Shown: piece by piece, positions 1 to 8,341 of the stretch
Layout: the number at the start of each line of letters is the position of its first letter
How positions within the stretch are numbered: position 1 is the first letter of the stretch
Source of the DNA: Marinilabiliales bacterium
GTDB lineage: Bacteria; Bacteroidota; Bacteroidia; Bacteroidales; UBA12077
Length of the DNA: 32,841 bases
Direction: 5' to 3'
Assembly: GCA_002869305.1 (NCBI GenBank)
Contig: PKTC01000481.1
Location: 1-32,841, forward strand
The notes under the pieces: generated by a model
What the model was told of the DNA's origin: nothing
The model's database searches: none
What the model saw: only the letters and a program-made list of their open reading frames with translations
Position numbers and translations under genes: made by a program

Positions 1-877
1 TAATTACATTACATTTCTCTGAATTTATGGACATACCTCCAATTACATCAAAAAATTCTCGTGAATTTTCATGATCCAAAGGATATTTCTTTAGAAAAGC
101 TCTTAAGGTATTTCCTCTCTCAGTATTATAACTTAGTGTTTCAACGGCATCCAGAAATTTTTCCATAGAATATGAGTCTAATTCATATTTATTTAAAATT
201 TCTCTTAATAATGTCCCTTTAGTGCTATTTGAAGAAATTTCATTTATTGCTTTAAGAACTTTTACTACTTCTTCTTTACTTAATTTAATATCGTTAACCA
301 ATGTTTTATAATAAAGGTACTTTGCATTATATCCGTCGTACTCAATTGATTCAAAATAGAATAAAGCATGATTTGTTGTTTTGTAGTATGAATAACCGCT
401 ATTTCTTTCGAAATCTTCAACCTCATCTAAAACAGCATTTACACCACCCTTGTTATAAATTCTAAGGATTCGATCTTTACCGCCTATTCCCGTTTTATGA
501 ATTACATCAATTAAAATTTCTTCTAACCATCTTTGTCCATCGGGTTGAAAAGCAATTTCCTTTCTGCCATCGTAGAACTTTTTTGTTAATTTTCCTTGTT
601 TATCACTTTCAATTTCAATAGTTCTACTATTTCCAAAAGAGGATTTGGTAATCTTAAGATATCCGTTAGGTTCAATAGCAGTGACATCCTTATCATTGTC
701 TGAAACAGTAATTTTACCTCTGTATTCTATCTCGTATGAAGAAAATGAATCTTTCGATTTGTAAAAATGTTCCCTGCTATCACCCTCATCATTTCTGGCT
801 CCTACATTTTCTCTCGCTTCAATAAAGCAGGGAGCCAAAAAGATAAAACTCAATAATAATACTAAACGTGCTTTCAT
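1..877 (-). CDS. hypothetical exported protein, C-terminus cut by the window edge
   Basis: Not in the ORF track. The reverse frame is open from ATG (875-877) to base 2. The N-terminus MKARLVLLLSFIFLAPCFIEA looks like a signal peptide. The C-terminal part holds about three degenerate ~32-aa helical repeats (..KVLKAINEISSNSTKGTLLREILNKYELD / ..FLDAVETLSYNTERGNTLRAFLKKYPLD / ..FFDVIGGMSINSEK..). No catalytic motif recognised. Confidence 0.6.
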   Translation of the reverse strand, partial: MKARLVLLLSFIFLAPCFIEARENVGARNDEGDSREHFYKSKDSFSSYEIEYRGKITVSDNDKDVTAIEPNGYLKITKSSFGNSRTIEIESDKQGKLTKKFYDGRKEIAFQPDGQRWLEEILIDVIHKTGIGGKDRILRIYNKGGVNAVLDEVEDFERNSGYSYYKTTNHALFYFESIEYDGYNAKYLYYKTLVNDIKLSKEEVVKVLKAINEISSNSTKGTLLREILNKYELDSYSMEKFLDAVETLSYNTERGNTLRAFLKKYPLDHENSREFFDVIGGMSINSEKCNVI

Positions 878-965
878 AGTTATTTAAATTAAATGAATAT
901 TCGGTTTATTTTCATGTTACAATAATCCGAAGAATACTATGCAATTAAAAACCAAATGAAATGAG

Positions 966-993
966 TTGTAATTAAATTGTAATGAATTGTAAT
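966..993 (-). repeat. three phased direct repeats TTGTAAT (starts 966, 977, 987) upstream of the edge gene
   Basis: Read directly: ttgtaatTAAAttgtaatGAAttgtaat. Spacing is 11 and 10 bp, about one helical turn. The repeats lie 89-116 bp upstream of the ATG at 877. Confidence 0.5.
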
Positions 994-1002
994 TTTCAAT
1001 AA

Positions 1003-1035
1003 ATAAAAAGAGTGTAAGTAAAAACCTACACTCTT
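1003..1035 (-). terminator. rho-independent terminator after the TlpA-like gene
   Basis: 9-bp stem aagagtgta/tacactctt with a 10-nt loop, followed on the minus strand by TTTTTAT. It lies 22 nt past the stop at 1058. Confidence 0.6.
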
Positions 1036-1057
1036 CATTTTATATAATTAATGAATA

Positions 1058-2155
1058 TTAGTCCAATAATTCTGAAAGCTTAGCGCCTAAATCTTCGCCA
1101 CGAAGATTTTTGGCTATGATAATTCCATCTTTATCAAGTAATACATTATGAGGTATTGAGCGCACAGCATATAATTTGCCAGCAGCAGAATCCCAATATT
1201 TCAAATCAGAAACCTGTGGCCAGGTAAGTCCGTCATCCTTAATGGCTTTTACCCATGCTTCACGAGTTTTATCAAATGATACTCCAAAAATTTCAAATCC
1301 TTTGTCTTTATACAACGCGTAGTTAGCAACCAAATTTGGATTCTCCTGACGACATGGATTACACCATGCTGCCCAGAAATCAAGTAATACATATTTGTCA
1401 CCAACAATTGATGAAAGAGGCAATGGATTTCCTGTTGTATCATTTAGTGTAAAATCAACGAATGGTTGTCCAACAGAAACTTTTTTCATTATTTCTAAGC
1501 GTTCTTTCAAATCTACTGCATATTTTGACTCAACTACTTCTGGTCCAAAACTGTTAACAATTGCTTCTAATTCTTCAACTTCCAAACGATATGACATATA
1601 CCGCAAAGTAATGTAAGGGGCAATTGCGGAGTTAGCGTTTTCTTTTACAAAATTCTCAATATAAGCCACTTGTTGTTCTTCAACAGCCGAATATTCATCT
1701 TCAATTTCTTTTACTCTTGCAGGATCACCACTCATGTTGGCTTGAATATATTCATTATAAAGAGCTCTAAATTGCATATTATAATTTAATAATTCCGTAT
1801 TGAAAGTATTAAATAAAGTTGTCAATGGGGAACCTGTAACTTCTGCTCCTCCCATGCTATCAATTTTTGCAACTATCTTAATCTTAGAATTTTCTAAAAA
1901 CAACTGGATTCCCTCTAACGTATCAGCAAATGAAACTATAAAAAGTTCTGGTTGTTCAACAGTACCTTCAAATGCGAACATGCCATCCTTAACACTTACA
2001 GAATCTACTGTAACTAGATCGTTATCAACAACTTTACTAAGAATGGCAGAACCAGAGTTTAATCCTTCGATTGTACCGTCTATCTTATATTGTGGTTGTT
2101 TTGTACAAGAAAACATTAATGCGATTGCTATAAGACTATAAAAAAGTTTTTTCAT
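1058..2155 (-). CDS. TlpA/ResA-like thiol-disulfide oxidoreductase lipoprotein (N-terminal DUF4369-like domain plus thioredoxin fold)
   Basis: 365-aa ORF. Lipoprotein signal MKKLFYSLIAIALMFSC. C-terminal thioredoxin-fold motif LLDFWAAWCNPCRQE (CxxC). Confidence 0.85.
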   Translation of the reverse strand: MKKLFYSLIAIALMFSCTKQPQYKIDGTIEGLNSGSAILSKVVDNDLVTVDSVSVKDGMFAFEGTVEQPELFIVSFADTLEGIQLFLENSKIKIVAKIDSMGGAEVTGSPLTTLFNTFNTELLNYNMQFRALYNEYIQANMSGDPARVKEIEDEYSAVEEQQVAYIENFVKENANSAIAPYITLRYMSYRLEVEELEAIVNSFGPEVVESKYAVDLKERLEIMKKVSVGQPFVDFTLNDTTGNPLPLSSIVGDKYVLLDFWAAWCNPCRQENPNLVANYALYKDKGFEIFGVSFDKTREAWVKAIKDDGLTWPQVSDLKYWDSAAGKLYAVRSIPHNVLLDKDGIIIAKNLRGEDLGAKLSELLD

Positions 2156-2237
2156 GGTATTTATTTTAAGTTTTGATTTGGGTTATAAACATACGAAAAA
2201 TTCTACATAATTAGAATTTCAGATATTTAAATATTTT

Positions 2238-3347
2238 CTATTTTTTATTGAAGTAATCTTCAATGATTATTCGGGAGGCCAGAAAAGAATTCATTTCTCC
2301 ATTTTGAACATTTTGTTCAAATAACTTCAGCTTATCTTTAATTCCTTCTTCCTTGTAAAAATTATTTTTAAGAGCTTCATTTATGGATTCGTACATCCAA
2401 TATTTAGCCTGTCCTTTTCTTTTTTTATCGAAATAATTCCTATCCTTCAATTGATTGATAAAACTATTAATGGTCTCCCAAATCTTATCAATCCCTTCTC
2501 TTTTAAGAGATGAACATGTCAAAACCTTAGGTATCCATCCTGAATCGGTTGGAGGGAACAAATGAAGGGCATTTTGATACTCAATTTTAGCCAGATCTGC
2601 TTTACGCACATTTTCACCATCTGCCTTTGTAATGGCTATAGCATCTGCCATTTCCATTATTCCACGTTTAATTCCCTGTAACTCATCACCAGCACCTGCT
2701 AACATTAAAAGTAAAAAAAAGTCAACCATCGAATGAACAGCTGTTTCGGATTGTCCAACTCCAACTGTTTCAATAAAAACCACATTAAATCCAGCAGCCT
2801 CACACAAAATAATTGTCTCGCGAGTTTTTCGTGCAACTCCTCCTAAAGAACCTGCCGATGGCGATGGCCTAATAAATGCATTTGGATCATTGGCCAGCTC
2901 CTCCATCCTGGTTTTATCACCCAGTATACTACCTTTAGATTTTTCACTGCTGGGGTCAACAGCTAAGACCGCAAGTTTTCCACCTTGCTTTGTAATAAAC
3001 CTTCCCATGGATTCGATAAAAGTACTTTTACCTACACCTGGTACGCCTGTAATTCCTATTCTAACGGAGTTTCCAGAATAAGGAAGACACTTTTCAATAA
3101 TCTCCTGGGCCAGAATCATGTGTTCTTGAAGATTGCTCTCAATCAAAGTAATAGCCTGTCCTAACACTGTTCTATTCCCTTCCAGAATTCCCTGCACATA
3201 TTCATCTATCGTGCGTAATGCTTTTTTCTTTAATCGAAACTTACTGACTACATCAGGATTAATCGATTCAGGTTGATCTACTCCCTTTTGAACATTTAAG
3301 GCAGAATCAAATTCATTTCCATTATTTTCTTTTTCCTTCTTCGACAT
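2238..3347 (-). CDS. meaB: methylmalonyl-CoA mutase-associated G3E GTPase MeaB/ArgK
   Basis: 369-aa ORF. P-loop GITGVPGVGKST, then DPSS, ETVGVGQSE and TKAD (NKxD-like), in the order typical of MeaB/ArgK. Confidence 0.85.
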   Translation of the reverse strand: MSKKEKENNGNEFDSALNVQKGVDQPESINPDVVSKFRLKKKALRTIDEYVQGILEGNRTVLGQAITLIESNLQEHMILAQEIIEKCLPYSGNSVRIGITGVPGVGKSTFIESMGRFITKQGGKLAVLAVDPSSEKSKGSILGDKTRMEELANDPNAFIRPSPSAGSLGGVARKTRETIILCEAAGFNVVFIETVGVGQSETAVHSMVDFFLLLMLAGAGDELQGIKRGIMEMADAIAITKADGENVRKADLAKIEYQNALHLFPPTDSGWIPKVLTCSSLKREGIDKIWETINSFINQLKDRNYFDKKRKGQAKYWMYESINEALKNNFYKEEGIKDKLKLFEQNVQNGEMNSFLASRIIIEDYFNKK

Positions 3348-3412
3348 TGCAAAGTATTTTATGCGAAATTAGAACATCTTAGGTTATTATTAAAAAAAAT
3401 AAAGACTTTTAT

Positions 3413-3442
3413 GAAACAAAAAGGCAGCTTCATTAAGCCACC
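3413..3442 (-). terminator. probable rho-independent terminator after the DUF1573 gene
   Basis: On the minus strand GGUGGCUU-AAUG-AAGCUGCC (8 bp including 2 G-U pairs) is followed by UUUUUGUUU. Confidence 0.4.
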
Positions 3443-3475
3443 TTTATGCAAATAAACTTTTTCTTATTTGAAATA

Positions 3476-4570
3476 TTATTCTTTTAAAATTTCGCCTCTT
3501 ATGCTTAATCTTACACTTGAATTTTTAGGATCGTTACTTATCACATAAATAGATTTTGTTTGAGTTCCTTTTCGAGATCCAGGATTAAAAATAGCTTTAA
3601 AGGAACTAGATTCACCTGGTTTAATGGTTGTTTTTTCAGGTGCAACAGTAGTGCATCCACAGGTAGATCTTATTTTACGAATAATCAAATCGCTCTTTCC
3701 AGTATTTGTAAATTTAAAATCGTGTTCTATTTTATCGCTTGAAGCAGTTTTGCCAAAATTGAAACTTTCGTCTTCAAAAGAAATCTTTGGCGCATTCTCT
3801 AATTCTTTTTCAGTAAGCCTAGAAAAGTCCTCTTCTATTTTTGCACTTATGGTAAGGTATTGTCTATTTCCTGATTCTCCATTAATTAATACCTGCACTC
3901 TATCAGAAACAAATCCCCAATCATTTACTATTTCACCATCATAAGTGCCTAAAACATAACCTTTTGCCCCTGGCTTCAAAACAGATGGAACTACTTTCAA
4001 ATCAACATACTTAGGAACATTATTGAAAGAAACCTCCATATTAGAATCTGAAGAATTATATATTTTTAAAGTGTCCTTTTTTACCTGGTCATTATACACT
4101 CTTACAAAAGCAAAATGATTAGTTTCAAGCCTTAGTTCACCCAAAGCCTTAGGATAATAATCTTCAACTGTTTTCTCTCTGGCAATAACGTCTCCAGTAA
4201 TCCTTAAGATGTTTCTTCCCTTGTCGGTATTTGTTTCAACAAAAATACTTTTGTTAAAATTGCCAGGGCGATTTCTTGGATCAAAAACAGCACTAACAAA
4301 TCCTTTTTCTCCGGGCATAATTGGTTTTTCCGTCCACGTAGGTGAAGTACATCCACAAGAAGCTTTAACCTTATTTAAAATAAGAGGAGCATTTCCTGTG
4401 TTTGTGAAAATAAATTTATACTCTACCTTTCCATCATCTTCCTTTATTTTACCAAAATCATGCACTTCTTTTTCAAAAGATATATATGCGCCTTTCTGTT
4501 GAGCATTTGCTAAACTTATTATTGCAACTACAGTAATTAAACTCAAGATCAATCTTTTCATATCTAACAT
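3476..4570 (-). CDS. secreted protein with two DUF1573 domains
   Basis: 364-aa ORF. SPI-type signal ending ...SLANAQQ. Two copies of the DUF1573 hallmark (F.F.N.G...L.I..V..SCGCT): KASCGCTSP and RSTCGCTTV. Confidence 0.8.
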   Translation of the reverse strand: MLDMKRLILSLITVVAIISLANAQQKGAYISFEKEVHDFGKIKEDDGKVEYKFIFTNTGNAPLILNKVKASCGCTSPTWTEKPIMPGEKGFVSAVFDPRNRPGNFNKSIFVETNTDKGRNILRITGDVIAREKTVEDYYPKALGELRLETNHFAFVRVYNDQVKKDTLKIYNSSDSNMEVSFNNVPKYVDLKVVPSVLKPGAKGYVLGTYDGEIVNDWGFVSDRVQVLINGESGNRQYLTISAKIEEDFSRLTEKELENAPKISFEDESFNFGKTASSDKIEHDFKFTNTGKSDLIIRKIRSTCGCTTVAPEKTTIKPGESSSFKAIFNPGSRKGTQTKSIYVISNDPKNSSVRLSIRGEILKE

Positions 4571-4608
4571 TTATTTAGTTTTTTATTTTTTTCGAAAATT
4601 ACTCCAAA

Positions 4609-4616
4609 CAAAAATA
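4609..4616 (-). promoter_or_regulatory. Bacteroidota -7-like promoter element (TATTTTTG on the minus strand) for the DUF1573 gene
   Basis: Matches TAnnTTTG and lies 39 nt upstream of the ATG at 4570. The motif is short, so chance matches are expected. Confidence 0.3.
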
Positions 4617-4721
4617 GTAATTCGTTACATTTAGTAATAATCGTTAACAAACTTTAACTTTTCAATTTATTATACTAATTTCAACCCAAAATATAGCTTT
4701 TAACTTGTTAAGCTTTACGTC

Positions 4722-7700
4722 TTGAAAATTTTAAAGTTATCCATATTAATCATTTTATTTAATTTTCTACATTCCAACTTATTTGGCCAATTTTACAATG
4801 GTCACCAAATGGATTTTGGTAAAAATCGCGTTCAATACAATGATTTTTACTGGTCCTTTTATCGGTATGATAATTTTGACACTTATTTTAATCAGGATGG
4901 TGAAGCAATTGCTAGATTTACAGGCAAACACGCTTCGGATGAAATTCTTAGACTTGAAGAAAAACTAAATCACAAATTAAATAAACGATTAACTTTTCTT
5001 GTGTACAACAAATACTCAGATTTTCGTCAGAGTAATATTGGTTTAGTAACCGGTAAAGAGGAATATAATACTGGAGGTATAACTAAAATAAGAAATAATA
5101 AAGTTAGTCTGTATTTTCAGGGTAATCATGAGGAATACTTGAATGAAATGCGATCGGCCATTGCAGAAATAATTGTTTCTGAAATGTTATACGGAAGTAA
5201 GCTTACAGAAAATTTTGCAAGCTCAAGCATGATAAGCCTTCCCGAATGGTATTTAAAAGGACTCACCTCATACCTGGCAAATGATTGGAGTACTGAAATT
5301 GAAAATCGGATAAAGGATGGAATTGAAAACAATCGTTATGATAAATTTAATCGACTAAACGGTGAAGATGCTATTTATGCAGGACATTCCTTTTGGAAAT
5401 ATATAAACGATTATTATGGAAATACAGTAATTACCGACATCATATACCTAACTCATGTTAACAAGGGTGCTAATAATGCAATATTGGGAGTTCTGGGTTT
5501 ACCATTTAAAGAAGTTACTCACCAGTGGTTAAAGTATTATGAGGATTATTTTGATCAGGAAAGTTTTTCTGCGAACGACACAGGTTTTAAAAAACTGGTT
5601 TTAAAAAAGCATAAAACTGCCACTTATTATAGTCAGGTTAAAGTAAACCCTAGTGGAGAGAAATTAGCCTATATAAGTAATGAGCTTGGACAAGTAAAAG
5701 TGTGGATATACGATTACAATGAACAAAAATCCAAAAAAATATTAAAGCTGGGCCATAAAATAAAGCAAATTAATGACTACACTTATCCAGTAATTGAATG
5801 GCATCCGACAGGAGAACTATTAACTATTATTACAGAAAAGGAAGGTGGATTAAAGTTTATTAATTACATTGTTAATGAGGATAAAATGGTTGAACGTAAC
5901 CTACTATACTTTGATAAAATCTTGAATTTGAATTATTCTGATGATGGAACTAAATTGACATTTTCCGCCGTTAAAGATAGCAAAACGGATATTTATGTTT
6001 TTGATATTGCTTCATCAACACACGAGCATATTACGGATGATTTGGCAGATGATTTTAACCCAAGATTTATTAATAATTCTGACGAAATCATTTTTACATC
6101 TAACAGATTAAACGATACCCTGCAAACCAATCAAGACACTTATGGTAAGCAATTCGATTTGTTCATTTACGATTATAAAAATAAGAGCTCAATACTTAGT
6201 AGGCTAACCAGCAGTGTAAAACAAAATGAAGTGTTTCCAATTGAGCATTCTTTCCATAAATATTATTATTTAAATGACCAAAACGGAATACGCAACCTTT
6301 TTTATGGAAAATACGATAGTACAATTAGCTTTATTGATACTTCAATTCATTATAGATATTTTCTAGACGAAAAGTCTTTAACCAATCTCTCCAGAAATAT
6401 TAAAGAACATCATTTAAGCAGAAACAAACAATCCTATGCATTTATTAATTACAATAATGGAAATTATAATGTAAATAAGGGATATATAAATTCCGAACAA
6501 ATCAAAAATGATGTTAACCTGGATCAAACCAATTATAAGAAAGAACTCGAGGTACTTTTTGATACACAGGATAGTATTAAAATGACCAGCCCAGGAGAAA
6601 AATCTGCCATAGATTCAGCTAAAATATTTTCCATAGAAGACAATTATGTTAATGTTAATGATTATGTCTTTGAAATTGAAAAATCATATTACAAATACAA
6701 ATACGATAGCATAAAGGCTGATACTTCGATAATTAAGAAAACTTTTCCAAAGATTCAGATTTATCAACGAACATTTTTTACGGATCATGTAGTAAGCCAG
6801 GTAGATTTTAGTTTTTTAAATGCAACCTATCAGGCTTTTACTGGCGGTGCCGTTTATTTTAACCCGGGCTTTAATGCTTTGTTTAAAATAGGAGCTTCTG
6901 ATTTATTGGAAGATTTTAAAGTTATTGCAGGCGTTCGTTTTTCTGCCGACTTTAATAGTAATGAATATTTGGTTAGCCTGGAAAATCTGAAAAAGAAAAT
7001 AGATGAACAGTATATATTTCACCGTCAAAGTTTTGAAAATACCACCGAAACATTTATCTCCAAAACACAAACGAATAAGCTTATGTATCTTCGGACTTTA
7101 CCATTTAGTCAGATTACTGCATTAAAAGGTACTTTAACTTTACGGCATGATAAACAAATAAATTTATCGATAGATCGAAATAGCTTACAAGCTTCTGATA
7201 TTCATAAGCTTTGGGCAGGAATTAAGTTCGATTATATCTTTGATAATACAATCAGTACCGGATTAAATTTATATAATGGCACCAGGTATAAAATCTTTGG
7301 AGAATATTATAATCAGATCAATAAGTCGAAAACAGATTTGTTTGTTTTGGGAGCTGATTTAAGGCATTATCAAAAAATACACCGAGATTTAATTTTTGCA
7401 TCGCGTTTTGCTGCAAGCACATCATTTGGAAACAGTAAATTAATTTATTACTTAGGTGGAGTAGATAACTGGACTAATTTCTCACAGTCGACACCTACTT
7501 TTATACCTTTAAACGAAATTCCAATTAACGAAAATGAGGACTATGCTTATCAGGCGGTTGCAACTAACCTTAGAGGATTTCCTCAAAATATTCGAAATGG
7601 AAATAGTTTTGCTTTAATTAATACTGAACTTCGATGGCCCGTTATTAAGTATTTCTCCAATTATCCTCTGAATTCATCATTTTGGTCAAACCTACAATTG

Positions 7701-7961
7701 GTAGGATTCTTTGATGTAGGAACTGCCTGGAGTGGATGGTCACCTTATTCCGATGAAAACGCATATAATAAAGACGTACGAGATTATGGCTCCATAGTAG
7801 TTACTGTAGATACTGAAAGAGATCCTATTGTTGCAGGATATGGTCTTGGGTTAAGAGCAATGTTATTTGGTTATTTTGCAAGATTTGATTGGGCTTGGGG
7901 AATTGAAAATCAGAAAATAACTCCGCAAATATTTTATTTTTCATTAAGTCTAGACTTTTAA
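4722..7961 (+). CDS. large outer-membrane protein: N-terminal domain, TolB-like PD40/WD40-like beta-propeller repeats, C-terminal Omp85/surface-antigen-like beta-barrel
   Basis: 1079-aa ORF. A TTG start gives the signal peptide MKILKLSILIILFNFLHSNLFGQ; the first ATG lies 30 codons in, beyond the signal. PD40-like repeats include NPSGEKLAYISNELGQVKVWIYD, DDGTKLTFSAVKDSKTDIYVFD and FNPRFINNSDEIIFTSNR. The C-terminal region has alternating beta-strand character and ends ...FYFSLSLDF (terminal Phe). Confidence 0.7.
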   Translation: MKILKLSILIILFNFLHSNLFGQFYNGHQMDFGKNRVQYNDFYWSFYRYDNFDTYFNQDGEAIARFTGKHASDEILRLEEKLNHKLNKRLTFLVYNKYSDFRQSNIGLVTGKEEYNTGGITKIRNNKVSLYFQGNHEEYLNEMRSAIAEIIVSEMLYGSKLTENFASSSMISLPEWYLKGLTSYLANDWSTEIENRIKDGIENNRYDKFNRLNGEDAIYAGHSFWKYINDYYGNTVITDIIYLTHVNKGANNAILGVLGLPFKEVTHQWLKYYEDYFDQESFSANDTGFKKLVLKKHKTATYYSQVKVNPSGEKLAYISNELGQVKVWIYDYNEQKSKKILKLGHKIKQINDYTYPVIEWHPTGELLTIITEKEGGLKFINYIVNEDKMVERNLLYFDKILNLNYSDDGTKLTFSAVKDSKTDIYVFDIASSTHEHITDDLADDFNPRFINNSDEIIFTSNRLNDTLQTNQDTYGKQFDLFIYDYKNKSSILSRLTSSVKQNEVFPIEHSFHKYYYLNDQNGIRNLFYGKYDSTISFIDTSIHYRYFLDEKSLTNLSRNIKEHHLSRNKQSYAFINYNNGNYNVNKGYINSEQIKNDVNLDQTNYKKELEVLFDTQDSIKMTSPGEKSAIDSAKIFSIEDNYVNVNDYVFEIEKSYYKYKYDSIKADTSIIKKTFPKIQIYQRTFFTDHVVSQVDFSFLNATYQAFTGGAVYFNPGFNALFKIGASDLLEDFKVIAGVRFSADFNSNEYLVSLENLKKKIDEQYIFHRQSFENTTETFISKTQTNKLMYLRTLPFSQITALKGTLTLRHDKQINLSIDRNSLQASDIHKLWAGIKFDYIFDNTISTGLNLYNGTRYKIFGEYYNQINKSKTDLFVLGADLRHYQKIHRDLIFASRFAASTSFGNSKLIYYLGGVDNWTNFSQSTPTFIPLNEIPINENEDYAYQAVATNLRGFPQNIRNGNSFALINTELRWPVIKYFSNYPLNSSFWSNLQLVGFFDVGTAWSGWSPYSDENAYNKDVRDYGSIVVTVDTERDPIVAGYGLGLRAMLFGYFARFDWAWGIENQKITPQIFYFSLSLDF

Positions 7962-7972
7962 TATTTAACGAT

Positions 7973-8341
7973 ATGAGTATAAACGAAATTGTTTTACTAG
8001 TTATCATTGGTTTCATAGCTGGTATCGTCGGCGGCTCGCTTGGGTTGGGTGGAGGAATCATCATTGTTCCCGCATTGGTATTTATTCTGGGTTTTACACA
8101 GCATCATGCACAAGGTACAAGTTTAGCTGTATTACTTTTTCCCGTTGGGATTTTAGCAGTAATTAACTACTCTAAAAGTGGTTATGTTAACTTTAAATTT
8201 GCGGCAATCTTAATTGTTGCTTTTGTTTTGGGCAGCTATATAGGATCAGAAATTTCAGTACATTTACCTGATAAAATACTTAAGAAAGTATTTGCAATTT
8301 TCTTGTTATTGATTTCTATTAAAATGTTATTTAACAAATAA
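7973..8341 (+). CDS. half-size (4-TM) TSUP/TauE-SafE family membrane transporter
   Basis: 122-aa ORF with four hydrophobic segments and the Gly-rich motif GIVGGSLGLGGGIIIVP typical of the DUF81/TauE family. Confidence 0.7.
   Translation: MSINEIVLLVIIGFIAGIVGGSLGLGGGIIIVPALVFILGFTQHHAQGTSLAVLLFPVGILAVINYSKSGYVNFKFAAILIVAFVLGSYIGSEISVHLPDKILKKVFAIFLLLISIKMLFNK

Noticed and set aside
1249-2141. Short track ORFs nested in or antisense to the TlpA-like gene (1249..1443, 1395..1616, 1800..2141). The same applies to nested ORFs elsewhere, e.g. 2890..3081, 3560..3944, 4209..4502, 12029..12250, 15278..15571, 16987..17181, 19176..19700, 23050..23322, 24118..24387 and 24968..25192.
   Set aside because: All lie inside long ORFs with strong family motifs, are low-complexity, and lack signals of their own. 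I treat them as frame shadows typical of AT-rich DNA.
7973-8341. TSUP gene as a truncated pseudogene
   Set aside because: It has a clean start 12 nt after the upstream gene and a clean stop abutting the next gene. No TSUP-like sequence appears in other frames on either side. It is interpreted as a genuine half-size member.
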